Shown here: positions 46,601 through 54,943 of the stretch, piece by piece
Layout: each line of letters starts with the position of its first letter
Position numbering within the stretch: the first letter of the stretch is position 1
Source of the DNA: Bacteroidales bacterium
Lineage (GTDB): Bacteria > Bacteroidota > Bacteroidia > Bacteroidales > JAAYJT01
Length of the DNA: 64,000 nucleotides
NCBI GenBank assembly: GCA_049654165.1
Contig: JBASHR010000069.1
Span: 64,513-128,512, forward strand
Direction of reading: 5' to 3'
The notes under the pieces: model-generated
The model's input: only the letters and a program-made list of their open reading frames with translations
What the model was told of the DNA's origin: nothing
The model's database searches: none
Made by a program: the position numbers and the translations under genes

Positions 46601-49600
46601 ACCAGAGTAGCTGTAAGATCAACAGGTTTGGGACATAGTGGAGCCAGGGTCATAGTAACGGGAATATTTACAGGTTGTTTGGATATAACCCGCCCGTCAT
46701 GAGTAAGAAGTATATTGCAATTGTGAGTACCTTCATCAACTAAGTTGCTGTTAAAAATAACATCAATATCACTACTTGCGGCAGGTGGTACAACACCTGT
46801 GTATGAGCCAAGTGTCAGCCAGGAATCACCCCCAACAAGGCACATGCTTAAAGCATATGCACCTACTGTTACTGTAAAGTTTTCTTCATCGAATTGCAGG
46901 TAAGGTGTTCCCTGATCTAAAGAGCCTGCCCACATAAACCAGCAATCAGGATCAGAGGTTTGACCCTGAATAGCAACCCAACCACTTGATAAGTATAACG
47001 GCTTATCAATTTCGAGGTGATACATATATAAATTACCATAAGAGCCAAGCGCAATACCAGTATTTACCCTGTTGATTGTGGGATTGAAAGATGCTACAAA
47101 ATCACCTGGGAATCCATCATTATCAGTGTAAAATTGAATTACAAAAGGCATTGGATCCTCATTGCTACATGCGCTCCAGGCACCAGTATAAATCAAATTC
47201 CCGCCCCAGAAGGTAAGCCCGGTTATAGGTGCGTTAGCTCCGGAAAAATACTGCATTGCAAAATATCCGGGAGCTTCTTCTGAAGTAACTAATTTCCAAC
47301 TGATTGTATCAGGAAGTTGACTAAAAATTGAACCTTCAGGGCATGTTGTAAATACTTTTGCCGATCTGTTACCGTGGTTATACGAACCGCTTAAGGATGC
47401 GTCTTCAACACTCTTTTCAACAATATTTCTGCTAAATTCAAAATGTTTGTTCAGTGAACCCCGCTCTTCATCCAGATAACCAGTAATTACAGCATTCCAG
47501 GTTAAAGGTCCTGTTCCGCCAGGATTTGAAATTGTAAGCTCTTCAATTTTCTGACCCGGCTTATTAAATTCAACTTCAAAGCTTTCAGGACTAACGCTGA
47601 TTTCTGCATAATCAAGTACAAAATTCAGAGTATTGGTTATCCCTCCAACGATCTCAAAATCTTCTTCCAGTTTTGTGAGAAAAGTTTCAGCTTCACATGT
47701 AATATCATAAAATCCTGCCGGTATTCCTGTTATTTCATAATCTCCATTTTCATCAGTAAAGGCTATTTGATATATACTTTCACTTAATAAAGTCATTTTG
47801 GCTCCTTCAACTGGCCCACGGGCGCCACTGACATTACCGGCTAAACTACCCGGCACAAAACTCTCTACTAATACATTGTCAATAAACCAACCATCTATAT
47901 TAAACGAATAACCGTAAAATGTAAATGCCAGTTTAAAATCAACTGTGCCGACAGGTAATGTGAATGTCAGATTTTCAGGCTGAGGTCCGACATCTCCGGT
48001 AAAGAAATTTTTATAAATAATATTCCATGTTTGACCAAGATCAACAGAGTACTCCACAGCAATATATGCGCCTGTATATGCTGCATAATAAGCTAAAAGA
48101 TGATCAAAAGATATTTTAAAATCACTGGCGCCACCTGTAGCTAATCCAGGAGTTACCAATCTGGTTGTACCTGTAAAGCTTGGGCTCCAGTATAATCTCA
48201 TTTCAGGAGCCGGACCACCGGCATTTATAGAATTCTGAACACTCCAACTATTTTGTCCAAGCCCCATAACTGACCAGCAATCCGGTAATGTTCCGATAGT
48301 TACTCCGGTAAAATCCTCTGCAAATGGTAAAGGAAATGCTGCACATTCGGTTACAAATGAAACAGGACCTGCCCAAGGACTATTATCTCCATTACAATTA
48401 GCCTGTACATATACTTGATATTGTGTACTTGAACTTAAACCTGTAATAGTATAACTATTTGTTGTTATGTTTTCAACAAGGGTTCCTTCTGTTTCAGGGT
48501 CAAAACCTGCTTCACCATATAATAAATTCCACATTTCTTCATCACCGCCTGGAGTCCAGCTAATTTTTGCACTGGTTGCAGTTATATTAGAAACAACCAG
48601 ATTTTTAGGAGCTATACAACTTGGTGTTGGTTCAAACCTAAAATCATCAAAACTAAGATACCAGGGAATGCCCGTAGCATTTATCCTTATTGCAAAATAA
48701 TAAATACCATCCTGATTAGGGATAAACGAATGTAAAAATTGAGCGTATGTTTTTGTAGTTGTTGTTCCACTTGTTACAAATGACGTTCCTATCTGGGTAG
48801 CGCCGGTTGATATTTGTGATGTATTCACAAACACATCACCTGTCCAACCTGAATAAGTATCACCAGCCCACCAGAATGAAAAATCGTACGATATTCCTGA
48901 ATACAATTGGAAACCGGGTGTCCACATAAATTCATTAGTAGCAGAATATGACTCACGAAGGAATTGAGTTCCGGTTCTGGCATCAGCATCATAGGTTGAA
49001 TTTGCATTATTGGTAGTTACCCAATCGCCATTTTCTTTAAACCAACAATCGGGAAAAGCAGGAATGACAACACCTTCAAAACTTTCAGTCCATGGGAATG
49101 TAGATATCGGAGTGCATAATGTTTTAAAATTCTTCTTTGCTGACCATTCGCTTATATCATCTTCACCACAAACAGCCTGAACATAAACATCATAATTCGT
49201 GTTTGGATCTAACCCTTCAAGAAGAAAGGGATTTGTATCAATGTCTTCTACCAATGTTCCTTCTGTTTCAGGGTCAAAACCTGCTTCACCATATAATAAA
49301 TTCCACATTTCTTCATCACCGCCCGGAGTCCAGTTAATTTTTGCACTATTTTGAGTGATATCTGTAACTATCAGATCTGTAGGAGCTGCACAACTTGGAA
49401 TTTCCTCAAAAACAATATGATCAATAAATACATTATTACCATAACCACTTACACCTTCAAAAATGATATATGAATTGGTTTTTTCTTTGTTTTGCGGAAT
49501 ATTAAAAACATAATTATACCATCCTGCTGAAGGTACAACTGGTGCCAATGTGGTTGACCTGTTAATTGTTCCAAGTAAGGTACCACCAACAGAAGTAGCT

Positions 49601-51549
49601 GAGGTATTATAATATATGTTTACTAAATCGGCATTGGAGGGGTAGCCAGTGTCTCTGTACATCCAGAATGATACTCTGTAATTATTATCAGGGAAATTTA
49701 TAGGCGGGGAGATTAATTCACCCTTGGTACCGCTGGTATAACCGTAATTATTATATCTTGCCATCCCCGCGCCACTGTAAGGATAACATGTTGGATAAGT
49801 TCCACTGGTTTGTCTGTCCCAGGTACCTGTTCCGCCTCCTCCAGTTTTTATATTTGTCCATCCTAAAGGAGGAAATGTAGCATTATCGAAACTTTGCACA
49901 TGAGGAAAAGTTGATATTGTTGGATTCTGCATGACTGTAAATGATCTTACTTCACTCAATGTTTCGCCGGCACCATTATAAGCTCCAATCCTCCAGTAAT
50001 AGGTAGTTGAGAAATCCAATTCTGGTGAAACTGTATAAGGAGAGGCAGTAACATCAGCCCATTCAAAAGTTGGAGTTACTGTGGTGGCAAGGTAAATTTT
50101 ATAACCCTGTGGGATCCCACCTGTGGCAGCGGGAGTCCATGAAAGCTGAACAGTTGGTTGTATATCTACTGCTCCATCGGCTGGTGCTGAAAGCGTAACA
50201 GGATCAGGAATTATTGGCGTGATTTCCGGTCCAAACACTTGATCAATGTAAATACTGCCTGAAGATCCGACATAATAAACTGAAAAGGCGAGGTAATAAT
50301 TTGATTTTGCTCCTGCAAGCGAGCCCAAATCCACACTATAGTATGCAAACGGCGCATTGCTTGCAAGCTCTATCACATTGCCGATATTGTTCCATGTAAT
50401 CCGGTCTGTTGAGTATTTTATCTGTATCCTCTGAGAGGTGTTTGCAGTTGCTGTTCGTGCATAAAACTCCAATTTACTTGTGGGTGTAATTGTGAGTAAA
50501 GGAGTTGTAAGAAGATTTTCAGTAGTTGAAGTAAATTTATAGGCAGAAGCCACGCCATGTTGGAAATAGGTTGTTGACCGGCTGAAAGAACCGGGATTTG
50601 TCCAACCTAAAGGTGGAAAAGTTGTTGATTCAAAACTCTCAGCAAGCTGAGTAACTGTAGGGGTTCTAAAGCTCCAGACAGGACAGCCTACTGCAGCTCC
50701 GATACTATTACGTGGAACAATCTGCCAGTAATAGGTTTGTCCGGCTGCCAAAGCAGGTGTATAAGAAGTACCAGGCTGATTCTGAATAAATGCAGGAGGA
50801 TTGCTTGTACCAAAATACACATCATAAGATGTGGGAGTTCCACCACCACTCTGCCATATTAGAAGTTGATTGGTATAAACAGTTGTATTATCAACAGGAG
50901 CGATTAATACAGCACAGTTTGGAGGTGTGGTTGGTACATAGGCAGCCATATCAAACTGAACCTGAGCTATTGTAGCAGTTGGTCCAGTTTTAGCAATCGG
51001 AGGTGAGGCAGGATTAGGATTGGTATTATCATCGTAATACATAATTCCTCTGTTTGTTCCTGCATTATACGAACGCCAGGCGGCAGTACAACTGTAACTG
51101 GCAGAATTTTCATCCACAGCAACTACAAGATTCCCTCCCGTATAATTGAAAGGTGTGGGCAAGGTAATTTCAATCCAGTTCCCTGCAACAGGTGTTGGAA
51201 TATCACCTGAAAAAACCTGTGTCAATGCAGCCAAAGGTATCCAGTCAGTCGTACTGGTAAAAACAGATTTACTTGTATTACCCAAATAAATTGTCCAATC
51301 AGACCAGGTTGAATAGCTAGTACCTCCTGATGAATAAAAAAATCTTACTTTGGTAATAGGACCAATTCCTCCACCAGCATCGCTGATTTCTCCTGCTAAA
51401 TAGATTTGCTGACTGTAACTGTAGTTGTAACAGGAATAGATTGGGAAGTAGCTTGTTGTTGTAGTACCTGACCCAATCTGTACATCCACTGAATACAGGC
51501 TGAATGACCATAACAGCATTGTTGTAATGAACAGTAATAACTTTTTCAT
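43654..51549 (-). CDS. Giant (2631 aa) T9SS-secreted multidomain surface protein (FN3-like and choice-of-anchor-J/MAM-like beta-sandwich repeats, CarboxypepD_reg-like domain, T9SS C-terminal sorting domain)
   Basis: It has a signal peptide and at least five FN3-like units of the pattern 'CPxPTxLTVSDITATSA...W.PGG.E..WN..YG...Y...VQA.CG'. It ends in the T9SS CTD 'FTVYPNPTTGRFTL...PKGVYIIRILSGKQTSIEKLIKQ'. Confidence 0.85.
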   Translation of the reverse strand: MKKLLLFITTMLLWSFSLYSVDVQIGSGTTTTSYFPIYSCYNYSYSQQIYLAGEISDAGGGIGPITKVRFFYSSGGTSYSTWSDWTIYLGNTSKSVFTSTTDWIPLAALTQVFSGDIPTPVAGNWIEITLPTPFNYTGGNLVVAVDENSASYSCTAAWRSYNAGTNRGIMYYDDNTNPNPASPPIAKTGPTATIAQVQFDMAAYVPTTPPNCAVLIAPVDNTTVYTNQLLIWQSGGGTPTSYDVYFGTSNPPAFIQNQPGTSYTPALAAGQTYYWQIVPRNSIGAAVGCPVWSFRTPTVTQLAESFESTTFPPLGWTNPGSFSRSTTYFQHGVASAYKFTSTTENLLTTPLLTITPTSKLEFYARTATANTSQRIQIKYSTDRITWNNIGNVIELASNAPFAYYSVDLGSLAGAKSNYYLAFSVYYVGSSGSIYIDQVFGPEITPIIPDPVTLSAPADGAVDIQPTVQLSWTPAATGGIPQGYKIYLATTVTPTFEWADVTASPYTVSPELDFSTTYYWRIGAYNGAGETLSEVRSFTVMQNPTISTFPHVQSFDNATFPPLGWTNIKTGGGGTGTWDRQTSGTYPTCYPYSGAGMARYNNYGYTSGTKGELISPPINFPDNNYRVSFWMYRDTGYPSNADLVNIYYNTSATSVGGTLLGTINRSTTLAPVVPSAGWYNYVFNIPQNKEKTNSYIIFEGVSGYGNNVFIDHIVFEEIPSCAAPTDLIVTDITQNSAKINWTPGGDEEMWNLLYGEAGFDPETEGTLVEDIDTNPFLLEGLDPNTNYDVYVQAVCGEDDISEWSAKKNFKTLCTPISTFPWTESFEGVVIPAFPDCWFKENGDWVTTNNANSTYDADARTGTQFLRESYSATNEFMWTPGFQLYSGISYDFSFWWAGDTYSGWTGDVFVNTSQISTGATQIGTSFVTSGTTTTKTYAQFLHSFIPNQDGIYYFAIRINATGIPWYLSFDDFRFEPTPSCIAPKNLVVSNITATSAKISWTPGGDEEMWNLLYGEAGFDPETEGTLVENITTNSYTITGLSSSTQYQVYVQANCNGDNSPWAGPVSFVTECAAFPLPFAEDFTGVTIGTLPDCWSVMGLGQNSWSVQNSINAGGPAPEMRLYWSPSFTGTTRLVTPGLATGGASDFKISFDHLLAYYAAYTGAYIAVEYSVDLGQTWNIIYKNFFTGDVGPQPENLTFTLPVGTVDFKLAFTFYGYSFNIDGWFIDNVLVESFVPGSLAGNVSGARGPVEGAKMTLLSESIYQIAFTDENGDYEITGIPAGFYDITCEAETFLTKLEEDFEIVGGITNTLNFVLDYAEISVSPESFEVEFNKPGQKIEELTISNPGGTGPLTWNAVITGYLDEERGSLNKHFEFSRNIVEKSVEDASLSGSYNHGNRSAKVFTTCPEGSIFSQLPDTISWKLVTSEEAPGYFAMQYFSGANAPITGLTFWGGNLIYTGAWSACSNEDPMPFVIQFYTDNDGFPGDFVASFNPTINRVNTGIALGSYGNLYMYHLEIDKPLYLSSGWVAIQGQTSDPDCWFMWAGSLDQGTPYLQFDEENFTVTVGAYALSMCLVGGDSWLTLGSYTGVVPPAASSDIDVIFNSNLVDEGTHNCNILLTHDGRVISKQPVNIPVTMTLAPLCPKPVDLTATLVNPTAFNLGWTPVGDASVFNVIIADDDEFEIGGAIDPYDSFEGIEDNPLFIEDLQPETDYWFYVQADCGEAEFDTPKVNRFWLQIKSNGDIDSANSGGTANEPGEDGTWGTYNDTIRSIWFYNSPLDSWNMNKIKMGFYVQKIVGLAPAYISYCVSYTTPEWDPQTPGFPTPNDEEFIRRSPLNGSYTVTASGQNKQWFELEFDIPDYNPEWISVGISGINIKIANTSNTPKPVSNIGLDEYWDVNATGWGIIVHESIPKTRSVWAGPKKFTTLPLCPTPTNLTVSDITATSAEFDWVPGFGETTWNLKYYKVGVGDTVFANNITKPYPVTGLTSNTNYAFMVQADCGGGDVSTWSVTKAFKTPCGTEDIPYVQNFDGVTAPAIPDCMTVTNDNGDIRLWVTSTSYPKSTPNCMYILYNTSLAMDDWFFTPGLNLIGGKTYIVEFYYRGSSTTWPEKLEVKWGTAPNAAGMTGGQIWNNANITNTVYALATAAFTPVETGVYYVGWHGYSNADMNYLCVDDILIDFAPTCPAPTALTVSDITATSAVLGWTPGGNETKWNIKYGEPGFNPETGGTLISGITTNPFLLEGLNSSTAYAFSVQADCGEGDVSAWSVKMTFATLCEAISIFPWTESFENVTIPAFPNCWFKESGSWVTTNNASSTYDADARTGTQFLRAPWGSTNSYIWTPGFAVQAGKTYEFSFWWAGDNYAGWTGDVFVNTSQISTGATQVGTSFVTSGTTTTKTYAQFLHTFVPDADGIYYFAIRINSTSTPWYISFDDFEFKAIQTGPPENPTYSGVLEDDCYDGLGMLTIDNAQVEEGTNTEFRAEVSIVATDFEIEEGAVAYLYAGQNIVLGVGVHVAQGANFLATIMDEITYCEQAATMVTAKSEEIAPAVITPAEMDAMFTVYPNPTTGRFTLLMKEADEASVINVEIFGLMGERVLQTQVFGQNQYEFDLSGSPKGVYIIRILSGKQTSIEKLIKQ

Positions 51550-51637
51550 AACTAATAATTTTTGTTAAACATTTAAAATAAAGATTTGATGGATTATATA
51601 TAATTATTTGATTGTCAATAACAAATAAATAATTAAG

Positions 51638-51745
51638 CTATGGCGGCTCAAGGTCGGAAATAAAAAAATTTTGTATCATTGCCTCTGGTTTTTAGATTGG
51701 AAATTAGCCGGCTAAATTAGTAAATAATTTTACTATAACCAATAC
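51638..51745 (-). repeat. Paralogous upstream leader/promoter region, copy 1 (upstream of the giant gene)
   Basis: tatggcggctcaaggtcggaaataaaaaaattttgtatcattgcctctgg...ggctaaattagt...actataaccaa aligns by eye at roughly 75% identity with 53020-53123. Confidence 0.65.
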
Positions 51746-51901
51746 CTGAAACGATGTTTTTTGATTGTTTATAAGATTTTTAATCGAATTTATTTTATCT
51801 TACTGAATTACAATACATTACTACATAAAATAAAATAATCACTCTTTGGATTTTACAACTATCAGCGTCATCCTGAATTATTCTTATAACTGGTATAAGG
51901 G

Positions 51902-52105
51902 CTATTGTTTGATCAGTTTTTCAACCCAAATCTGCTTGCCTCTATGCATACGTACTATGTACTGTCCCTTATTACTATCCCGAAGATCAAACTCATACAA
52001 ATTGCGCGAAGTCTGCATCAATAGGAGCTAACCTGTATGTCACTCTGTTTCAGCATTTTCTGCAATCATAAGATCAGTTACAACTTTGATTTTTCTGGAG
52101 TCTTT
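51902..52105 (-). pseudogene. Decayed T9SS C-terminal sorting domain remnant
   Basis: The minus-strand frame reads KIKVVTDLMIAENAETE*HTG*LLLMQTSRNLYEFDLRDSNKGQYIVRMHRGKQIWVEKLIKQ*. It has two in-frame stops. The last ~36 aa parallel the giant protein's C-terminus (NQYEFDLSGSPKGVYIIRILSGKQTSIEKLIKQ). Confidence 0.7.
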
Positions 52106-52155
52106 CTGCTATTATTATATATTCTTATGGGAGTCTACCGGTTAAGGCAGGAAAT

Positions 52156-52186
52156 AAAAAAGCCGGATTCAAAAATCCGGCTTTTT
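52156..52186. terminator. Bidirectional intrinsic terminator hairpin
   Basis: AAAAAGCCGGATT-caaa-AATCCGGCTTTTT lies directly downstream of the stop at 52206 (minus strand). Confidence 0.75.
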
Positions 52187-52205
52187 ATGATTTTCAAAAA
52201 GTAAT

Positions 52206-52934
52206 TTAATTATTAAGTTTTCCTTTCCATCCGCTTTTTGCGATAATATACATAGTTACTTCACAATTAAATGTTTGACCCTGAGCAATCTGAAACTCGG
52301 TAAGAGAAATACTACCAAGTCCGCCGGAACCATACCAGCCAACATAATCTCCAGAAGACCAGTTTGCACTATTGTCAATATCTTTCCAGACATCAAGTAC
52401 ATAATTTCCGGGATTTACACTGGGTATTGTAAAATTCACTGTTGCCCCAGTACCTGTAACAGCTACATATTTTATTGGCACATTGAGATTCCAGTTATTA
52501 ATAGAGGTATACAAGCTAACTTTTGAATTTGCAAGATCACCTGACACTCCAGCAGGGAATCTGGCAGTTCCGGTAACCTGAGTAACCGGCGGAAGAACTG
52601 TAAGTGCTGCAGAACCTGTGGCACTTCCTCCTTTACCGTCGCTGACTGTAACATTGATAGAATGGGCACCTTCAACCGAAGGAGCAGTCCATGTAACATT
52701 AGCACCTGTTCCGGAAACAGACCCTCCCGTAACGGTATAACTGTATGTGAGTGCATCACCATCGGGATCAGAAGCAACAACGGTAACCGTTGCCATTCCA
52801 TTTGCATTAACGCTTGCCGGCTCAACACTTACAGAAGTGATAACCGGCGCTTTGTTCGACTCTTTCTTGCAGGAATGAAACCCTGCAACTGCCAGAACAA
52901 CAAAAGAAAATAGAAAAACAGTTTTAATTTTCAT
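52206..52934 (-). CDS. Lipoprotein with an Ig/PKD-like domain
   Basis: I trimmed the start to 'MKIKTVFLFSFVVLAVAGFHSC' (lipobox). The Ig-like segment is 'VVASDPDGDALTYSYTVTGGSVSG'. The ORF-track N-terminal extension runs through the conserved upstream repeat. Confidence 0.7.
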   Translation of the reverse strand: MKIKTVFLFSFVVLAVAGFHSCKKESNKAPVITSVSVEPASVNANGMATVTVVASDPDGDALTYSYTVTGGSVSGTGANVTWTAPSVEGAHSINVTVSDGKGGSATGSAALTVLPPVTQVTGTARFPAGVSGDLANSKVSLYTSINNWNLNVPIKYVAVTGTGATVNFTIPSVNPGNYVLDVWKDIDNSANWSSGDYVGWYGSGGLGSISLTEFQIAQGQTFNCEVTMYIIAKSGWKGKLNN

Positions 52935-53019
52935 AAGGATTTTAATTTTCATGAAACATCTAATAAATTTTATAAATAAGTATAATGATTTGATTATCAG
53001 CATTGAATACACAAACTGC

Positions 53020-53123
53020 TTAAGGCGGTTCATAGTCATAAATAAAATATTTCGGTATCATTAGCCTCTCGTTTTAATTGTAAATAACAGGCTAAATTAA
53101 TTTGTGTTTATACTATAATCAAA
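53020..53123 (-). repeat. Paralogous upstream leader/promoter region, copy 2 (upstream of the 52206 lipoprotein gene)
   Basis: taaggcggttcatagtcataaataaaatatttcggtatcattagcctctcg...ggctaaattaat...actataatcaa. Confidence 0.65.
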
Positions 53124-53431
53124 ATGAGAAGCAGCCTCTGTTTTTGTTATTCCTTGTGCCAGTTACCATATATTGTTGCATTACAGCCCCTTAACACAGC
53201 TTAGGCAAAATTCAAAATTGCAAAAAGCCATAAACTTTTAACATATATTTAACTTAATCGGCTGAATTCAAGACATTTCTGTAACGACAAAGCTCATTTT
53301 TTTTAAATTTTCTAAAAACTGGAACATAAGATTAGTTACCTGGTTAAAAAACAGTTAGCCAATCTGTGTAATTTCGATTGAAAAAGAATAATAAACCAAT
53401 TTTACCAGTTGGTAGCTTGTTCTATGTAGTT

Positions 53432-53482
53432 AAACCACCGGCAAATCAATTTGGACTATTTTGTAAAAACAAATCGTATAAA
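53432..53482 (+). repeat. Dispersed ~50-nt intergenic repeat, copy 4
   Basis: aaaccaccggcaaatcaatttggactattttgtaaaaacaaatcgtataaa. Confidence 0.7.
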
Positions 53483-53539
53483 ATCATATTCCAGCATAAA
53501 GGCTATAATAAAATCGGAAAATACTAAAGGATAAATCCT

Positions 53540-53547
53540 TAATTTTG
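53540..53547 (+). promoter_or_regulatory. Bacteroidota -7 promoter box (TAnnTTTG)
   Basis: TAATTTTG ends 24 nt upstream of the ffh ATG. Confidence 0.45.
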
Positions 53548-53571
53548 CAGCCATAAAAATATTTCTGCTAT

Positions 53572-54912
53572 ATGTTTGAAAATCTGAGTGAACGCCTTGA
53601 AAATGCCTTTCGTATCATTAAAGGTCAGGGCTATATTACTGAAATTAATGTTGCCGAATCGCTGAAAGATATACGCCGCGCCCTTCTTGATGCAGACGTG
53701 AGCTTTAAAATTGCCAAACAATTCACTGACACTGTAAAAGAAAAGGCAATGGGGCAGAATGTCCTGAAATCAATTTCGCCCGGGCAGCTTATGGTGAAAA
53801 TCGTTCATGATGAGCTTGTTGCACTTATGGGCGGGCAAAACACTGATATTAATATCAAAGCCAATCCATCAGTTGTACTTATTGCGGGATTACAGGGTTC
53901 AGGAAAAACAACATTCTCAGCCAAATTAGCAAACCATATTAAAAGCAAACGCGGAAAAAGGGTCTTACTCACCGCCTGCGATGTTTACCGTCCTGCTGCC
54001 ATCGAACAGCTAAAGGTTCTTGGCAATCAGATAAATGTTGATGTTTACAGTGAAGACAACAACCGTGAACCTGTAAAAATTGCCAGAGCCGCAGTACAAC
54101 ATGCCCGCAATATGGGGCATCAGGTTGTAATTGTTGATACCGCCGGTCGTCTTGCCATTGACGATGAAATGATGAACGAGATAGCAGCCCTCAAGGAAGC
54201 CCTCAAACCACAGGAAATCCTTTTTGTGGTGGATTCAATGACCGGACAGGATGCAGTAAATACTGCCAAGGCATTTAATGATGTTCTTGATTTCGATGGT
54301 GTAGTGCTCTCAAAATTAGACGGTGACACCCGTGGTGGTGCGGCGCTTTCAGTAATGGCAGTGGTGAATAAGCCTATAAAGTTTGTTAGCATTGGTGAAA
54401 AGCCCGATGCCATTGATGTTTTCCACCCCGACCGTATGGCAAACCGTATTCTGGGAATGGGTGACGTGGTTACACTCGTCGAACGCGCCCACGAACAATA
54501 CGACGCTGAACAGGCAAGAGCCCTGAAAAAGAAAATTGCTAAAAATCAGTTTAATTTCGATGATTTTCTTGGCCAGATACGAAAAATCAAAAAAATGGGC
54601 GATGTAAAAGACCTTATGGGTATGATACCCGGTATGGGGAAATTAACCAAAAACCTCGATATGGATGATGATGCATTCAAGAACATTGAAGCCATCATAC
54701 AATCAATGACACCGCTTGAACGAAGCGAGCCTTCGGTGCTTAACGGAAGCCGCCGGAAACGTATTGCCATGGGTAGTGGCACTGATATTCAAGAAGTTAA
54801 CCAACTGATAAAACAATTTGAAGAAGCAAAAAAGATGATGAGAGCCGTTTCGGGCGGAGGCATGAAAAATATGATGCAAATGATGCAGCAAAATAAAAAA
54901 AGAAGAAGATAA
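53572..54912 (+). CDS. ffh: Signal recognition particle protein Ffh
   Basis: It starts 'MFENLSERL', has 'GLQGSGKTT' and 'DTAGR', and has a Met-rich M domain. Confidence 0.95.
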   Translation: MFENLSERLENAFRIIKGQGYITEINVAESLKDIRRALLDADVSFKIAKQFTDTVKEKAMGQNVLKSISPGQLMVKIVHDELVALMGGQNTDINIKANPSVVLIAGLQGSGKTTFSAKLANHIKSKRGKRVLLTACDVYRPAAIEQLKVLGNQINVDVYSEDNNREPVKIARAAVQHARNMGHQVVIVDTAGRLAIDDEMMNEIAALKEALKPQEILFVVDSMTGQDAVNTAKAFNDVLDFDGVVLSKLDGDTRGGAALSVMAVVNKPIKFVSIGEKPDAIDVFHPDRMANRILGMGDVVTLVERAHEQYDAEQARALKKKIAKNQFNFDDFLGQIRKIKKMGDVKDLMGMIPGMGKLTKNLDMDDDAFKNIEAIIQSMTPLERSEPSVLNGSRRKRIAMGSGTDIQEVNQLIKQFEEAKKMMRAVSGGGMKNMMQMMQQNKKRRR

Positions 54913-54943
54913 TAACTATACCATCATTTAAAACTTAAAAACT

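Noticed and set aside
51846-52031. A 61-aa plus-strand ORF upstream of the giant gene.
   Set aside because: It is the antisense shadow of the decayed T9SS C-terminal-domain remnant on the minus strand.
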